The notes beneath the pieces are model-generated. The model did no database searches. It saw only the letters and a program-made list of their open reading frames with translations, and was not told where the DNA came from. DNA of 53,945 nt. Origin: an uncultured Methanosarcinales archaeon (GTDB lineage Archaea; Nanobdellota; Nanobdellia; Woesearchaeales; GW2011-AR9). A program made the translations under genes and the position numbers. Shown piece after piece: positions 8,125 to 15,383 of this stretch. The stretch covers positions 1 to 53,945 of the forward strand of contig CAYWPJ010000006.1 in assembly GCA_964460195.1 (NCBI GenBank), read 5' to 3'. The stretch's first letter is position 1; each line of letters opens with the position of its first letter.

Positions 8125-8934
8125 CTACTGGATATTAAAGTTCAGAATCGCCCCGCTGATGCCGATGCCGCGGGCGATGCCTTCCATCTGCAGCATTGAC
8201 TCCGCCTCAAAATCGGCGATTACCAGGCCGTTAAAATAATACATTTCCAGCACATCCTGCTCCAGGCCATAGGTTAATTTCTCCCCGACCGTCACTTCCC
8301 CGTTCCCCCTCGGCAGCTTGAGCATCGTCAATTCGATGTCATCCAAACTGAGGAAACTGTACTCCAGGTTCTCAAAAGAGATTTCAATTTCACTCGTTGA
8401 GGAAAGGGCGATGTTATTGATGGCCAGGCCCTTGGCGCTCCCGTCAAGGGAAAAGGCCTGCCGGTCGAACTCAATCTTCCCTTCAAAATCCCGAATCTGC
8501 AGGACGACCTCCTGGAGGTTGTTCAGTTCCAGGCGATCACCATTGACATTGATATTGGTGCTTAAATCATCGAATTCCAGAACGATTTCCCCCACTCCTG
8601 TCTCCTGGCTGATGCTGGGGATCTGGCTGTAGAACAGCAGGAAACTGACTTCTTTGAAATTTTTGCCGGCCGTCTTCCGGGGAGCTTTCTTGTTAAATTC
8701 CGTTCCAAAGCCTTCGGCAACTTCCGGCTCTTCTTCGCTATCTTCCTGGTTCTGATCTTCTAACTCGGCTGCCGGCACAGAACTGTCATTGACCACGCCG
8801 ATCATCGCGCTGGTCAGGCTGAAGTTCTGGGAATCGTTGGCCAGGAGAAGGAAAAAAATCCCCAAAATCACAAGAGTGATCATAATCACATAGAATCTGA
8901 CATGGTGGTGCTGTCCCGGTTGTTGTTGGTACAT
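8125..8934 (-). CDS. Membrane-anchored hypothetical protein
   Basis: The track ORF starts at TTG (8943); the ATG is at 8934. N-terminal TM segment FYVIMITLVILGIFFLLLA is followed by an acidic linker and an extracytoplasmic domain. Confidence 0.5.
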   Translation of the reverse strand: MYQQQPGQHHHVRFYVIMITLVILGIFFLLLANDSQNFSLTSAMIGVVNDSSVPAAELEDQNQEDSEEEPEVAEGFGTEFNKKAPRKTAGKNFKEVSFLLFYSQIPSISQETGVGEIVLEFDDLSTNINVNGDRLELNNLQEVVLQIRDFEGKIEFDRQAFSLDGSAKGLAINNIALSSTSEIEISFENLEYSFLSLDDIELTMLKLPRGNGEVTVGEKLTYGLEQDVLEMYYFNGLVIADFEAESMLQMEGIARGIGISGAILNFNIQ

Positions 8935-9046
8935 GTTAATCAAGCCTCTCTTTTAGTGATAATCCCGGATATGTTCAAATATTAATAAACTTTTTGGTTC
9001 TGGGGTGCTTTGATTGATGCCTGAAGCCGCTTTATATATAATTAGC

Positions 9047-9595
9047 CTACCCGCCCCTTCTGGTCTTCTCAATCAGGCCTTCCACCAGTTCCATGACTTC
9101 TTTAGGGCGGTCGACATCCTTAATTTCAATCGAAGTGGAGCCCGATTCAATGAAGACCGTCCCATAATTAAGGAGCCGCTGGAGGTGCGACTGTTTCATG
9201 CTGATATCCGGGACGAAAGCCAAAGGATGATAATTGACATTTTTCCTGGACTGCTTAATAATCCCTTTAATGATGCTTATTTTGGATTCAGAGATGACAT
9301 AGCAGAGGAAGAGCCGGGAAATTTCTCCGTAAGCCAGGGCAAATAAGCCCGCCCCAATGGCCAGATTCCTCAGGAAAGGCATTAGAGGAACCTGCTGAAG
9401 GTAAAAAAAGCCCACGCCGCCCAGCAGAATCAGGCCGCAGCCGTACTCAACCAAAAAATTTTTCCGTGATTTCCTCAGAACAGCCACAATTTGCGGCTCC
9501 GCTGGTTCAGCCTCCCGGCTTTTTCTTTGGTTCCCCTTTCTCTGGTCCTCTTTTTCTTCACTTTCAAACTTTCGTTCCATAAATCCGCTGGGCAT
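9047..9595 (-). CDS. Membrane protein with bacterial PH-like (YdbT/DUF304-like) domain
   Basis: Two TM helices are followed by ..QRLLNYGTVFIESGSTSIEIKDVDRPKEV, resembling bPH_2 domains. Confidence 0.55.
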   Translation of the reverse strand: MPSGFMERKFESEEKEDQRKGNQRKSREAEPAEPQIVAVLRKSRKNFLVEYGCGLILLGGVGFFYLQQVPLMPFLRNLAIGAGLFALAYGEISRLFLCYVISESKISIIKGIIKQSRKNVNYHPLAFVPDISMKQSHLQRLLNYGTVFIESGSTSIEIKDVDRPKEVMELVEGLIEKTRRGG

Positions 9596-9646
9596 AAATG
9601 GTCTTATTTCCTAAATCTTTATATATTTTATTATCATTCTTCATTC

Positions 9647-10456
9647 ATGCCTGAGCTGCCGGAAGTTGAGACCATTGTCAGACAACTGAACGAAAAAATT
9701 AAGGATCAAACCATTTCCCAGATTAAGGTCATTGATTATGCCCGGAATGTGCATGGCAATCTGGCAGAAAAAGCCCGGGCCAGGATTAAGGAAGTGGTGA
9801 GGAGGGCCAAGCTGCTCATTTTTCACCTTTCCAACGGTTATTCTTTTATCCTCCACCTCAAGCTGACGGGGCAGCTGCTCTACCACCGGAAGCTGCCGGA
9901 AGAGCTCCCTAAAGCAACGCACGTTATCTTTTCTTTTAAGGACGGCTCAGCCCTGCTATTCAATGATTTCCGGAAATTCGGGTATGTCAAACTGATGGAA
10001 ACCAAAGAGGTTGACGGCTACCTGATCCGGCAGGGGCTCGGCCCCGAGCCGCTGGAAACCAGCTTAAAAGCATTTAAAATGCGGCTGGAGGAGAAGCCAA
10101 AGGCAAAAATCAAGCCCTTGCTGATGGACCAGTCATTCATCGCCGGACTGGGCAACATCTATGCCCAGGAAGCTTGTTACCTGGCCGGCCTTTTACCGAC
10201 GAGAAAAATCTCTTCCTTAAGTGAGGGAGAAATTGAGAGGCTTTACCGGGTGATCCAGGAGCTCCTCCGCTCAGCCATTAAGCATCAGGGAACTTCCTTT
10301 GACACAATTTATGTCACCCCCGAGAATAAACGGGGAAGCTTCGACACTTTTTTGAAAGTTTACCATCAGCTGAAGTGCCATCAGTGCGGCTCGGCTCTGA
10401 AAAGAATAGCCCTGGCGGGGCGGGGAACATACTATTGCCCGAAGTGCCAGAGGTAA
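9647..10456 (+). CDS. Formamidopyrimidine/Nei-family DNA glycosylase (Fpg/MutM-like)
   Basis: The hallmark N-terminus MPELPEVE begins at the ATG at 9647; the track ORF begins upstream at TTG 9491. C-terminal zinc finger is CHQCGS..x16..CPKCQ. Confidence 0.85.
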   Translation: MPELPEVETIVRQLNEKIKDQTISQIKVIDYARNVHGNLAEKARARIKEVVRRAKLLIFHLSNGYSFILHLKLTGQLLYHRKLPEELPKATHVIFSFKDGSALLFNDFRKFGYVKLMETKEVDGYLIRQGLGPEPLETSLKAFKMRLEEKPKAKIKPLLMDQSFIAGLGNIYAQEACYLAGLLPTRKISSLSEGEIERLYRVIQELLRSAIKHQGTSFDTIYVTPENKRGSFDTFLKVYHQLKCHQCGSALKRIALAGRGTYYCPKCQR

Positions 10457-10464
10457 AATTCAAA

Positions 10465-10923
10465 TTATTCATGCTTTTTCACTTTTTCTTCCAAAGAGTC
10501 TGACACAGAAACTTCCGGCGGATCAGATTTAGCATCACGATTTTTAACTTTCGGCAGGTAAACGGACTCTTCTTCAAGTTTTTTCGTATAAAAATAACCG
10601 GCCGGAAACTCTTCTAGATTAAAGAATTTACCTAAAGCCTGTTTTTCCCTCTCAATCATGTCTGCCTGAAGGTAAATTGTACCTAAAAACCGGGGATCAA
10701 GGTGGTAAGTCCATACACTTTTTGCCATGTGCACTCCTTGACCCCTCCCTTTCAAAATAAATTTTCTTTCTAAGACTAAAGAGCGCTCTGCTCTTCCCAA
10801 CGCCTCGTTGAAAAGCCAGAAAGCCTGTTCTGTATCACTTTGCTTTTTGACAGAAAGAATGTAAGTCATATATTTTGGAAGAGCGTCAGGTGTATAAATG
10901 GTTTCCTTTTTTCTTTTTTTCAT
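10465..10923 (-). CDS. Hypothetical protein
   Basis: 152-aa ORF, no motif recognised. Confidence 0.4.
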   Translation of the reverse strand: MKKRKKETIYTPDALPKYMTYILSVKKQSDTEQAFWLFNEALGRAERSLVLERKFILKGRGQGVHMAKSVWTYHLDPRFLGTIYLQADMIEREKQALGKFFNLEEFPAGYFYTKKLEEESVYLPKVKNRDAKSDPPEVSVSDSLEEKVKKHE

Positions 10924-10956
10924 TTGATTATCTTCCGGGAATTCTCTTCCCTGCGG

Positions 10957-11703
10957 CTAGTCTCTTCTTCTGGCATGGCTGCCAATCTTTTTAATCTTTT
11001 TAATATCATTCACTTTTCCAAAATCAAAGGTTTTTTCCCTGTGAATTACATACACTTTATAGGGATTTATATTCTGCAAAAAAGGGCTTAGCAACTCCTC
11101 TTTCAGGATGTCAGTCCCTTCCAGCAGAGAGTTGAAGCTGGGGAGGACAATCAGTTCCCGGCTTTTCCATTTTCCTTTAAGAAAACATTTATACTTTTCG
11201 CACTTGCTGCCTTCCCGGAAAGTGATGGCCGGATGCCCGTGGCCGATAATGACCTTTTTCACGCCCCGACCCATCTTTTTAACCGGCTCGTCGCCGTGGA
11301 CAATCAAAGCACCACCAAGCTGATATTCCCTGATTACCCTGACACCTCTTTTCTCTGTGACCCTTTCCGTGAGCGGATCATGGTTCCCCTTAATAATTAT
11401 TATCTGCATCCCTTTCGCCAAAATAAAGTCAATCAGATGCAGGACATCCTTCCATTCCTGCCCGAGGACCGCGCCGAATTCGTGTTTCAGGTCGCCGTTG
11501 ATGACAATCATTTTCGGCTTGACTTTTTTGAGGATCCTTTCCAGGCTTCTGATGATCTCATCCCGCTGGAACTTGGGCACCAAGACTCCTTTCCTCTGCA
11601 GGGCTTCCTCATAGCCAAGGTGGAGATCGCTGATGACCAAGACCTTCTCCTTCTTGAAATAAAGGGCGGCGCTAATGATTTCCATGCCTGGGCTGATTTG
11701 CAT
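10957..11703 (-). CDS. Metallophosphoesterase (archaeal SbcD/Mre11-related small phosphoesterase family)
   Basis: Motifs LVISDLHLG, NGDLKHEFG, KGNHD and IGHGHP match the calcineurin-like phosphoesterase signature. Confidence 0.8.
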   Translation of the reverse strand: MQISPGMEIISAALYFKKEKVLVISDLHLGYEEALQRKGVLVPKFQRDEIIRSLERILKKVKPKMIVINGDLKHEFGAVLGQEWKDVLHLIDFILAKGMQIIIIKGNHDPLTERVTEKRGVRVIREYQLGGALIVHGDEPVKKMGRGVKKVIIGHGHPAITFREGSKCEKYKCFLKGKWKSRELIVLPSFNSLLEGTDILKEELLSPFLQNINPYKVYVIHREKTFDFGKVNDIKKIKKIGSHARRRD

Positions 11704-11833
11704 TTTATTTTTGTAAATAAAGCTTTATTTACAGCTTAAAAATGGCTATGCTTTAATTGCATAGCAATTTTTCTTGTTTCCCGGTCGGGAACAACCATTT
11801 TTCTCAACCATTCCCCTGTTTGAGAAAGAAATC

Positions 11834-11841
11834 TTTATAAA
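11834..11841 (+). promoter_or_regulatory. TATA box (TTTATAAA) upstream of the tRNA
   Basis: Centred about 30 nt upstream of the tRNA 5' end at 11867. Confidence 0.6.
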
Positions 11842-11866
11842 CAATTTGGATAAAGAGATTGATTAA

Positions 11867-12018
11867 GCCCTGGTAGCTTAGCGGTAGAGCACACGGACTT
11901 CAGGCGGCAAAGCTCCGGTTTTGAAGCTGAGGTGGTGAAGCTGTTACTCGTTAAGCAGTCACCGTGAAGCATGGAAAGTGCTCGGGAACGGTCGCCGGTT
12001 CGATCCCGGCCCAGGGCG
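11867..12018 (+). tRNA. tRNA, probably Asn(GTT), with three putative introns
   Basis: Acceptor GCCCTGG/CCAGGGC. D arm GCTT-AGCGGTA-GAGC. T arm GCCGG-TTCGATC-CCGGC. Anticodon stem CACGG/CCGTG. The 152 nt need about 80 nt of introns. The best parse removes 11897-11940, 11947-11960 and 11968-11989. That leaves loop CTGTTAA, variable loop AGGTC and discriminator G. Confidence 0.7.
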
Positions 12019-12019
12019 C

Positions 12020-12030
12020 TTTTTATTTAT
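12020..12030 (+). terminator. Oligo-T terminator after the tRNA
   Basis: TTTTTATTTAT lies directly after the discriminator base. Confidence 0.5.
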
Positions 12031-12050
12031 ATCTTTCGCTATACCTTAGC

Positions 12051-12314
12051 CTAAGATAGTCCCATTTCATAAATCCTCTCCGCCACCTTTTCAATCAGCC
12101 CGGTATCTTCACATTTCTTGAAGATCAGCTCCCCGTAGCCGTGGACAATGACCTCTCCTGCCTCCGTCCTGACAACCAAGAGAATCGGTGTTTCCAGGAT
12201 AACCTTAAACTTCTTCTTAATTGCCGCCAGATCCAGCTTCTGCTGCTTCCTTAATTTAACTGAATAAGCTGCTTTAGTCCTGCATCGGCCCACGGAAAAT
12301 TCAGCTACCATCAC
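12051..12314 (-). CDS. Hypothetical small protein
   Basis: 87-aa ORF downstream of psmA on the same strand. No confident motif. Confidence 0.35.
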   Translation of the reverse strand: MMVAEFSVGRCRTKAAYSVKLRKQQKLDLAAIKKKFKVILETPILLVVRTEAGEVIVHGYGELIFKKCEDTGLIEKVAERIYEMGLS

Positions 12315-12347
12315 TTTACTGAACCATCACGGCCATCTCCCGTCACC

Positions 12348-13076
12348 CTACTGAATATACTTTTTCAGTTCGTCATTGCTCAGCTTAGTCAGCCGCCTCC
12401 CTTCCGTATCAATGTAAGCGGCATCGACCCGGTCGAAGTTGAACTCGTTCTTCAAAAACTCTTTCAGGGCCTGCAGCCCCAGCCTGATCCCTTCCTCGAC
12501 GCTCAGGCTCGCCCGGTACTTCTTCTGCAGGATGGCTTCCACTTCCGCTTCCCCTTCGCCAATCACGGCGGCCCGGTGCTGGAAATAAAGACCGTAAGGC
12601 TCAGTCAGGAACAGCTTGACCTGGCCGTCCTCTTCCACTCCTCCGACCAGCATGGAAACGCCAAAAGGCCGCAGGCCGGCCGACTGGGTGCAGATCTGCT
12701 TGAGGTCGCAGATGTCCTTGACGATTGAGAGAATATCAATCTTAGAATCGTAAGTGACGGCATGCTGCTGCGCCTTCAGCTGGGCCCGGTCGACTAAAAT
12801 GCGGGCGTCAGCAATCAGGCCGGCGGCGGTCGCTCCGATGTGATCATCGATGCGGAACATCTTTTCGATGGCTTCCGGGATGACTAATTTGCTGATGATT
12901 CTTTTGTCAGTGATGAAGACCACTCCGTTCTTGCAGACGATCCCCATGGCGGTCGGCCCCTGCCGGACCGTCTTCTTGGCATATTCTACCTGAAGCAGCC
13001 TCCCATCCGGGGAGAACATTGTGATGCTTCGGTCATAACCCATCTTATCAATCATTTGTTTCTGATTCATTTTCAC
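12348..13076 (-). CDS. psmA: Proteasome subunit alpha
   Basis: YDRSITMFSPDGRLLQVEYA is the alpha-subunit signature. The 242 aa length fits. Confidence 0.92.
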   Translation of the reverse strand: MKMNQKQMIDKMGYDRSITMFSPDGRLLQVEYAKKTVRQGPTAMGIVCKNGVVFITDKRIISKLVIPEAIEKMFRIDDHIGATAAGLIADARILVDRAQLKAQQHAVTYDSKIDILSIVKDICDLKQICTQSAGLRPFGVSMLVGGVEEDGQVKLFLTEPYGLYFQHRAAVIGEGEAEVEAILQKKYRASLSVEEGIRLGLQALKEFLKNEFNFDRVDAAYIDTEGRRLTKLSNDELKKYIQ

Positions 13077-13212
13077 ACCTCATCTATTATAATTTATGAT
13101 AATTTTCTTTTTATAATTATTTTTCTTATTTTCTTACTTATTGTTTAGATTAAGTTTTTATTTCACTCTTGCTTATTGTTTTAGGCTTTATCTTACTCTT
13201 CCTTTCTTCCGG

Positions 13213-13548
13213 TTATTCCAGGCGGGGGCGGAGCTTCTTAAGCGTTCCGGAAGTGATGACTGACCGGATAATGATGGGGGTATTTTTAATCTTTTTGCTC
13301 AAAGACAGGGCGGCTCTCAATTCATTGACAAACTGATGGTTCACCCTGATGACAAACTTTTGCTTTTCCTGGTTAAACTTTTCCCTCAGGAAGAGCGGAG
13401 AAGCTTTGGAGAGGCCCCACTGCCCGAAGAAAGCGGCAAGGGAACGCCTGATTTCCTCCTCGACTTCCGCCAGGGAATGTTTTTTGTCTGAAACAATCTC
13501 AAAAACAACATACCTTTTTCTCTGTTTCAAAGAGGGCAAAAGCTTCAT
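13213..13548 (-). CDS. RNase P protein component Pop5 (Rnp2)
   Basis: MKLLPSLKQRKRYVVFEI.. is the typical Pop5 N-terminus. The Pop5-psmA neighbourhood is conserved in archaea. Confidence 0.7.
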   Translation of the reverse strand: MKLLPSLKQRKRYVVFEIVSDKKHSLAEVEEEIRRSLAAFFGQWGLSKASPLFLREKFNQEKQKFVIRVNHQFVNELRAALSLSKKIKNTPIIIRSVITSGTLKKLRPRLE

Positions 13549-13583
13549 TTTTATCCCCTGCCAACCCGCTCGGCAAATTATTT

Positions 13584-14015
13584 TTATTCTACAAACTCTT
13601 CATCTTCGATCGGCCCGCTCTCCTCATCGGAAACATCTTCATCCGTCCCTTCCTCACCGGGCTGCCCCTGCCCCAAGAAACTTGGGTCGTTGGTCAGCAC
13701 TTCTTTGGGCTTGGTCATGCCGGCGGCCTTCTCAATGATTTCAATCTTGCCGAATTTCCCGGCGGAGATCTGTTTCTCGCCTTTAAATTCAGAGCACCAG
13801 CCGTTCTGGAGATGAATCTTGTCGCCGACGCCGACTTTATCAATATCATCATTCCAGAGGGTCATCTTGACTTCTCCGGAATCATCCTTGGCGGTAGCAT
13901 TGCAGACCCGGCCGGCCTTGCCGAACTTCTCAAAGGAGCGGGGCTCTTCCTTTTCGACGACTTCAAAAACCAGGTCGACATTTCCTGTATTTGCTCGTAA
14001 ATCTTTAATTTCCAT
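13584..14015 (-). CDS. OB-fold single-stranded DNA-binding protein (SSB/RPA-like) with acidic C-terminal tail
   Basis: Single OB fold (..RVCNATAKDDSGEVKMTLWNDDIDKV..GDKIHLQNGW..) followed by the tail GEEGTDEDVSDEESGPIEDEEFVE. Confidence 0.65.
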   Translation of the reverse strand: MEIKDLRANTGNVDLVFEVVEKEEPRSFEKFGKAGRVCNATAKDDSGEVKMTLWNDDIDKVGVGDKIHLQNGWCSEFKGEKQISAGKFGKIEIIEKAAGMTKPKEVLTNDPSFLGQGQPGEEGTDEDVSDEESGPIEDEEFVE

Positions 14016-14094
14016 GGTAGCCTGGCTTTACGGGAGATGTTTTATATATTTTTCTATGATTTTTGTATTATATTTGTCAATCATTTTCGGTTGT

Positions 14095-14757
14095 TCAATC
14101 TCTGTCCGGCCGGCTTCTCCGGCACCGGAAGAACCATAATCCCTCTTTTTCATCAAGAACAACGGAAAAACCACTCTCTTCAAGCCTTTTCCTCCACTGC
14201 CTGGCACTAAAATGACTGACCTCTTTCTGCCCCTGCCATTGATTGATCTTTTTAGACGACAAAACCATGGCAAAAATCCCTTTGCTTTTCAGGATCCTTT
14301 TGATCTCCAACAACAACTGCCGGTAATTCCTGACATAATTTAAGACGAAGACGGCCGTCACCGAATCAAACTGGCCGCCGGGGAAAGGCAGTTTCTCCTC
14401 CAGGTCGCCGATGAGCTTCTTCCGGCAGCAGCCGTTCAGCTGCAGCATCTTTTCGGAAAGGTCAAGGCCAAGGGAAGGGAGATAGCTGTAAGCTCCGCAT
14501 CCTAAGTCGAGGTTCTCTCCTCCCCTGAGGAACAGCAGCTCTTTCTCAATCAGCCGCCTTTTCTCCTTCTCTACCTTCCTTCTCCACATGAACGCTTCGG
14601 CATTCCAGAAAGCCTTTTTGTCATCCGGCCAGCCCTTGGCCCAGGGAATCTCTTGAGTAATTCTCCTTAATTTATCTTCTACCTTCAGGCCGTGCTGCAG
14701 TTCAATTAAGCACTTAAAGAGTTCAGTTTCTGGATCCGTTGCCGGCTGACGATTCAT
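14095..14757 (-). CDS. Class I SAM-dependent methyltransferase
   Basis: Motif I is NLDLGCGAYSY. The post-I acidic residue and FDSVTAVFVLNYV fit the Methyltransf_11 type. Confidence 0.7.
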   Translation of the reverse strand: MNRQPATDPETELFKCLIELQHGLKVEDKLRRITQEIPWAKGWPDDKKAFWNAEAFMWRRKVEKEKRRLIEKELLFLRGGENLDLGCGAYSYLPSLGLDLSEKMLQLNGCCRKKLIGDLEEKLPFPGGQFDSVTAVFVLNYVRNYRQLLLEIKRILKSKGIFAMVLSSKKINQWQGQKEVSHFSARQWRKRLEESGFSVVLDEKEGLWFFRCRRSRPDRD

Positions 14758-14895
14758 TGTTTAAATAGAGTCCCCGCACTTATAGTAATGGTGAAATATT
14801 TTCGAACATTAGTTCACAATTACTAATAAGCAAATGTGTAAATTAATGCTCGAATATTAGTTACATTTGCTATATCGATAACTGGACACTAAAAT

Positions 14896-14903
14896 TTATA
14901 AAT
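14896..14903 (+). promoter_or_regulatory. TATA box (TTTATAAA) upstream of the tRNA
   Basis: Centred about 30 nt upstream of the tRNA 5' end at 14929. Confidence 0.6.
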
Positions 14904-14928
14904 TGTTTGCTTTTTGCAGTTACAGGTG

Positions 14929-15068
14929 GGCCTGTGGTCTAGTGGCTACCGGCAGGGGCTTTCATGCCGCTGATGGCCGCAAATGACATCGCCTCGACAT
15001 GAGCCGGCGCTTAAACACCGGTTGAGTGGAACGGCGGGGTTCAAGGGTTCGAGTCCCTTCAGGCCCAT
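14929..15068 (+). tRNA. tRNA, Val(GAC)-like body, with two putative introns (D-loop and anticodon loop)
   Basis: Acceptor GGGCCTG/CAGGCCC with discriminator A. T arm AAGGG-TTCGAGT-CCCTT. Anticodon stem TCGCC/GGCGG. GTC..GAC D stem is split by about 35 nt (about 14947-14981). About 32 nt (15001-15032) follow TCGACA. The isotype is uncertain because position 33 reads C. Confidence 0.65.
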
Positions 15069-15078
15069 TATTTTTTTG
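15069..15078 (+). terminator. Oligo-T terminator after the tRNA
   Basis: TTATTTTTTT lies directly after the tRNA 3' end. Confidence 0.5.
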
Positions 15079-15383
15079 AATAGGCCGAAAGTTCCGCACT
15101 TGAGTGTGGAGATTAAGGCTTTACGTCCTGGAGAGAAACACTGACACCGTTCGAGTCAATAGTCGTCAGGGGGTCGGCACTGCATAACTCGCTGCCAGAG
15201 CTAAAGCCGCCAAAGTTCTTTTGCTGCTTTTCCACAACGAATCTACCGCCTGTGAAAGATTCATGATTAAAAAAGCTAGTGGCAAACGTCGTTTATAAGA
15301 TTTTCCACAGAAAAAAGTTTTAGGATAGAAAACCCCCTTAATTCCATCGTAACTTTTATATTCTCATCAGCAATCCGGCCGAT

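Noticed and set aside
9491-9646. N-terminal extensions in the ORF track (9491, 26493, 30491, 37833, 40429, 51456, 18187, 90 and the minus-strand starts 8943, 20420, 45997, 7015)
   Set aside because: These begin at TTG/GTG or add hydrophobic or low-complexity residues ahead of hallmark N-termini such as MPELPEVE, MKYAHLADAHLG and MEGTVKFFN. Some would overlap the upstream gene. Downstream ATGs with SD or TATA support were preferred.
14774-15102. 8-nt direct repeat CCGCACTT on both sides of the second tRNA (14774-14781 and 15095-15102), considered as att-like duplication of an element integrated at the tRNA
   Set aside because: An 8-mer match between two flanks of about 170 and 315 nt is expected by chance at order-one probability. 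No integrase or foreign genes lie between the copies.
15079-15383. A roughly 300-nt GC-normal non-coding stretch after the tRNA, considered as RNase P RNA, SRP RNA or a gene remnant
   Set aside because: I could not find the conserved RNase P (GGAAAGUCC-type) or SRP helix-8 motifs on either strand. Only a 32-codon ORF is present. It is left unassigned and an Rfam scan would settle it.
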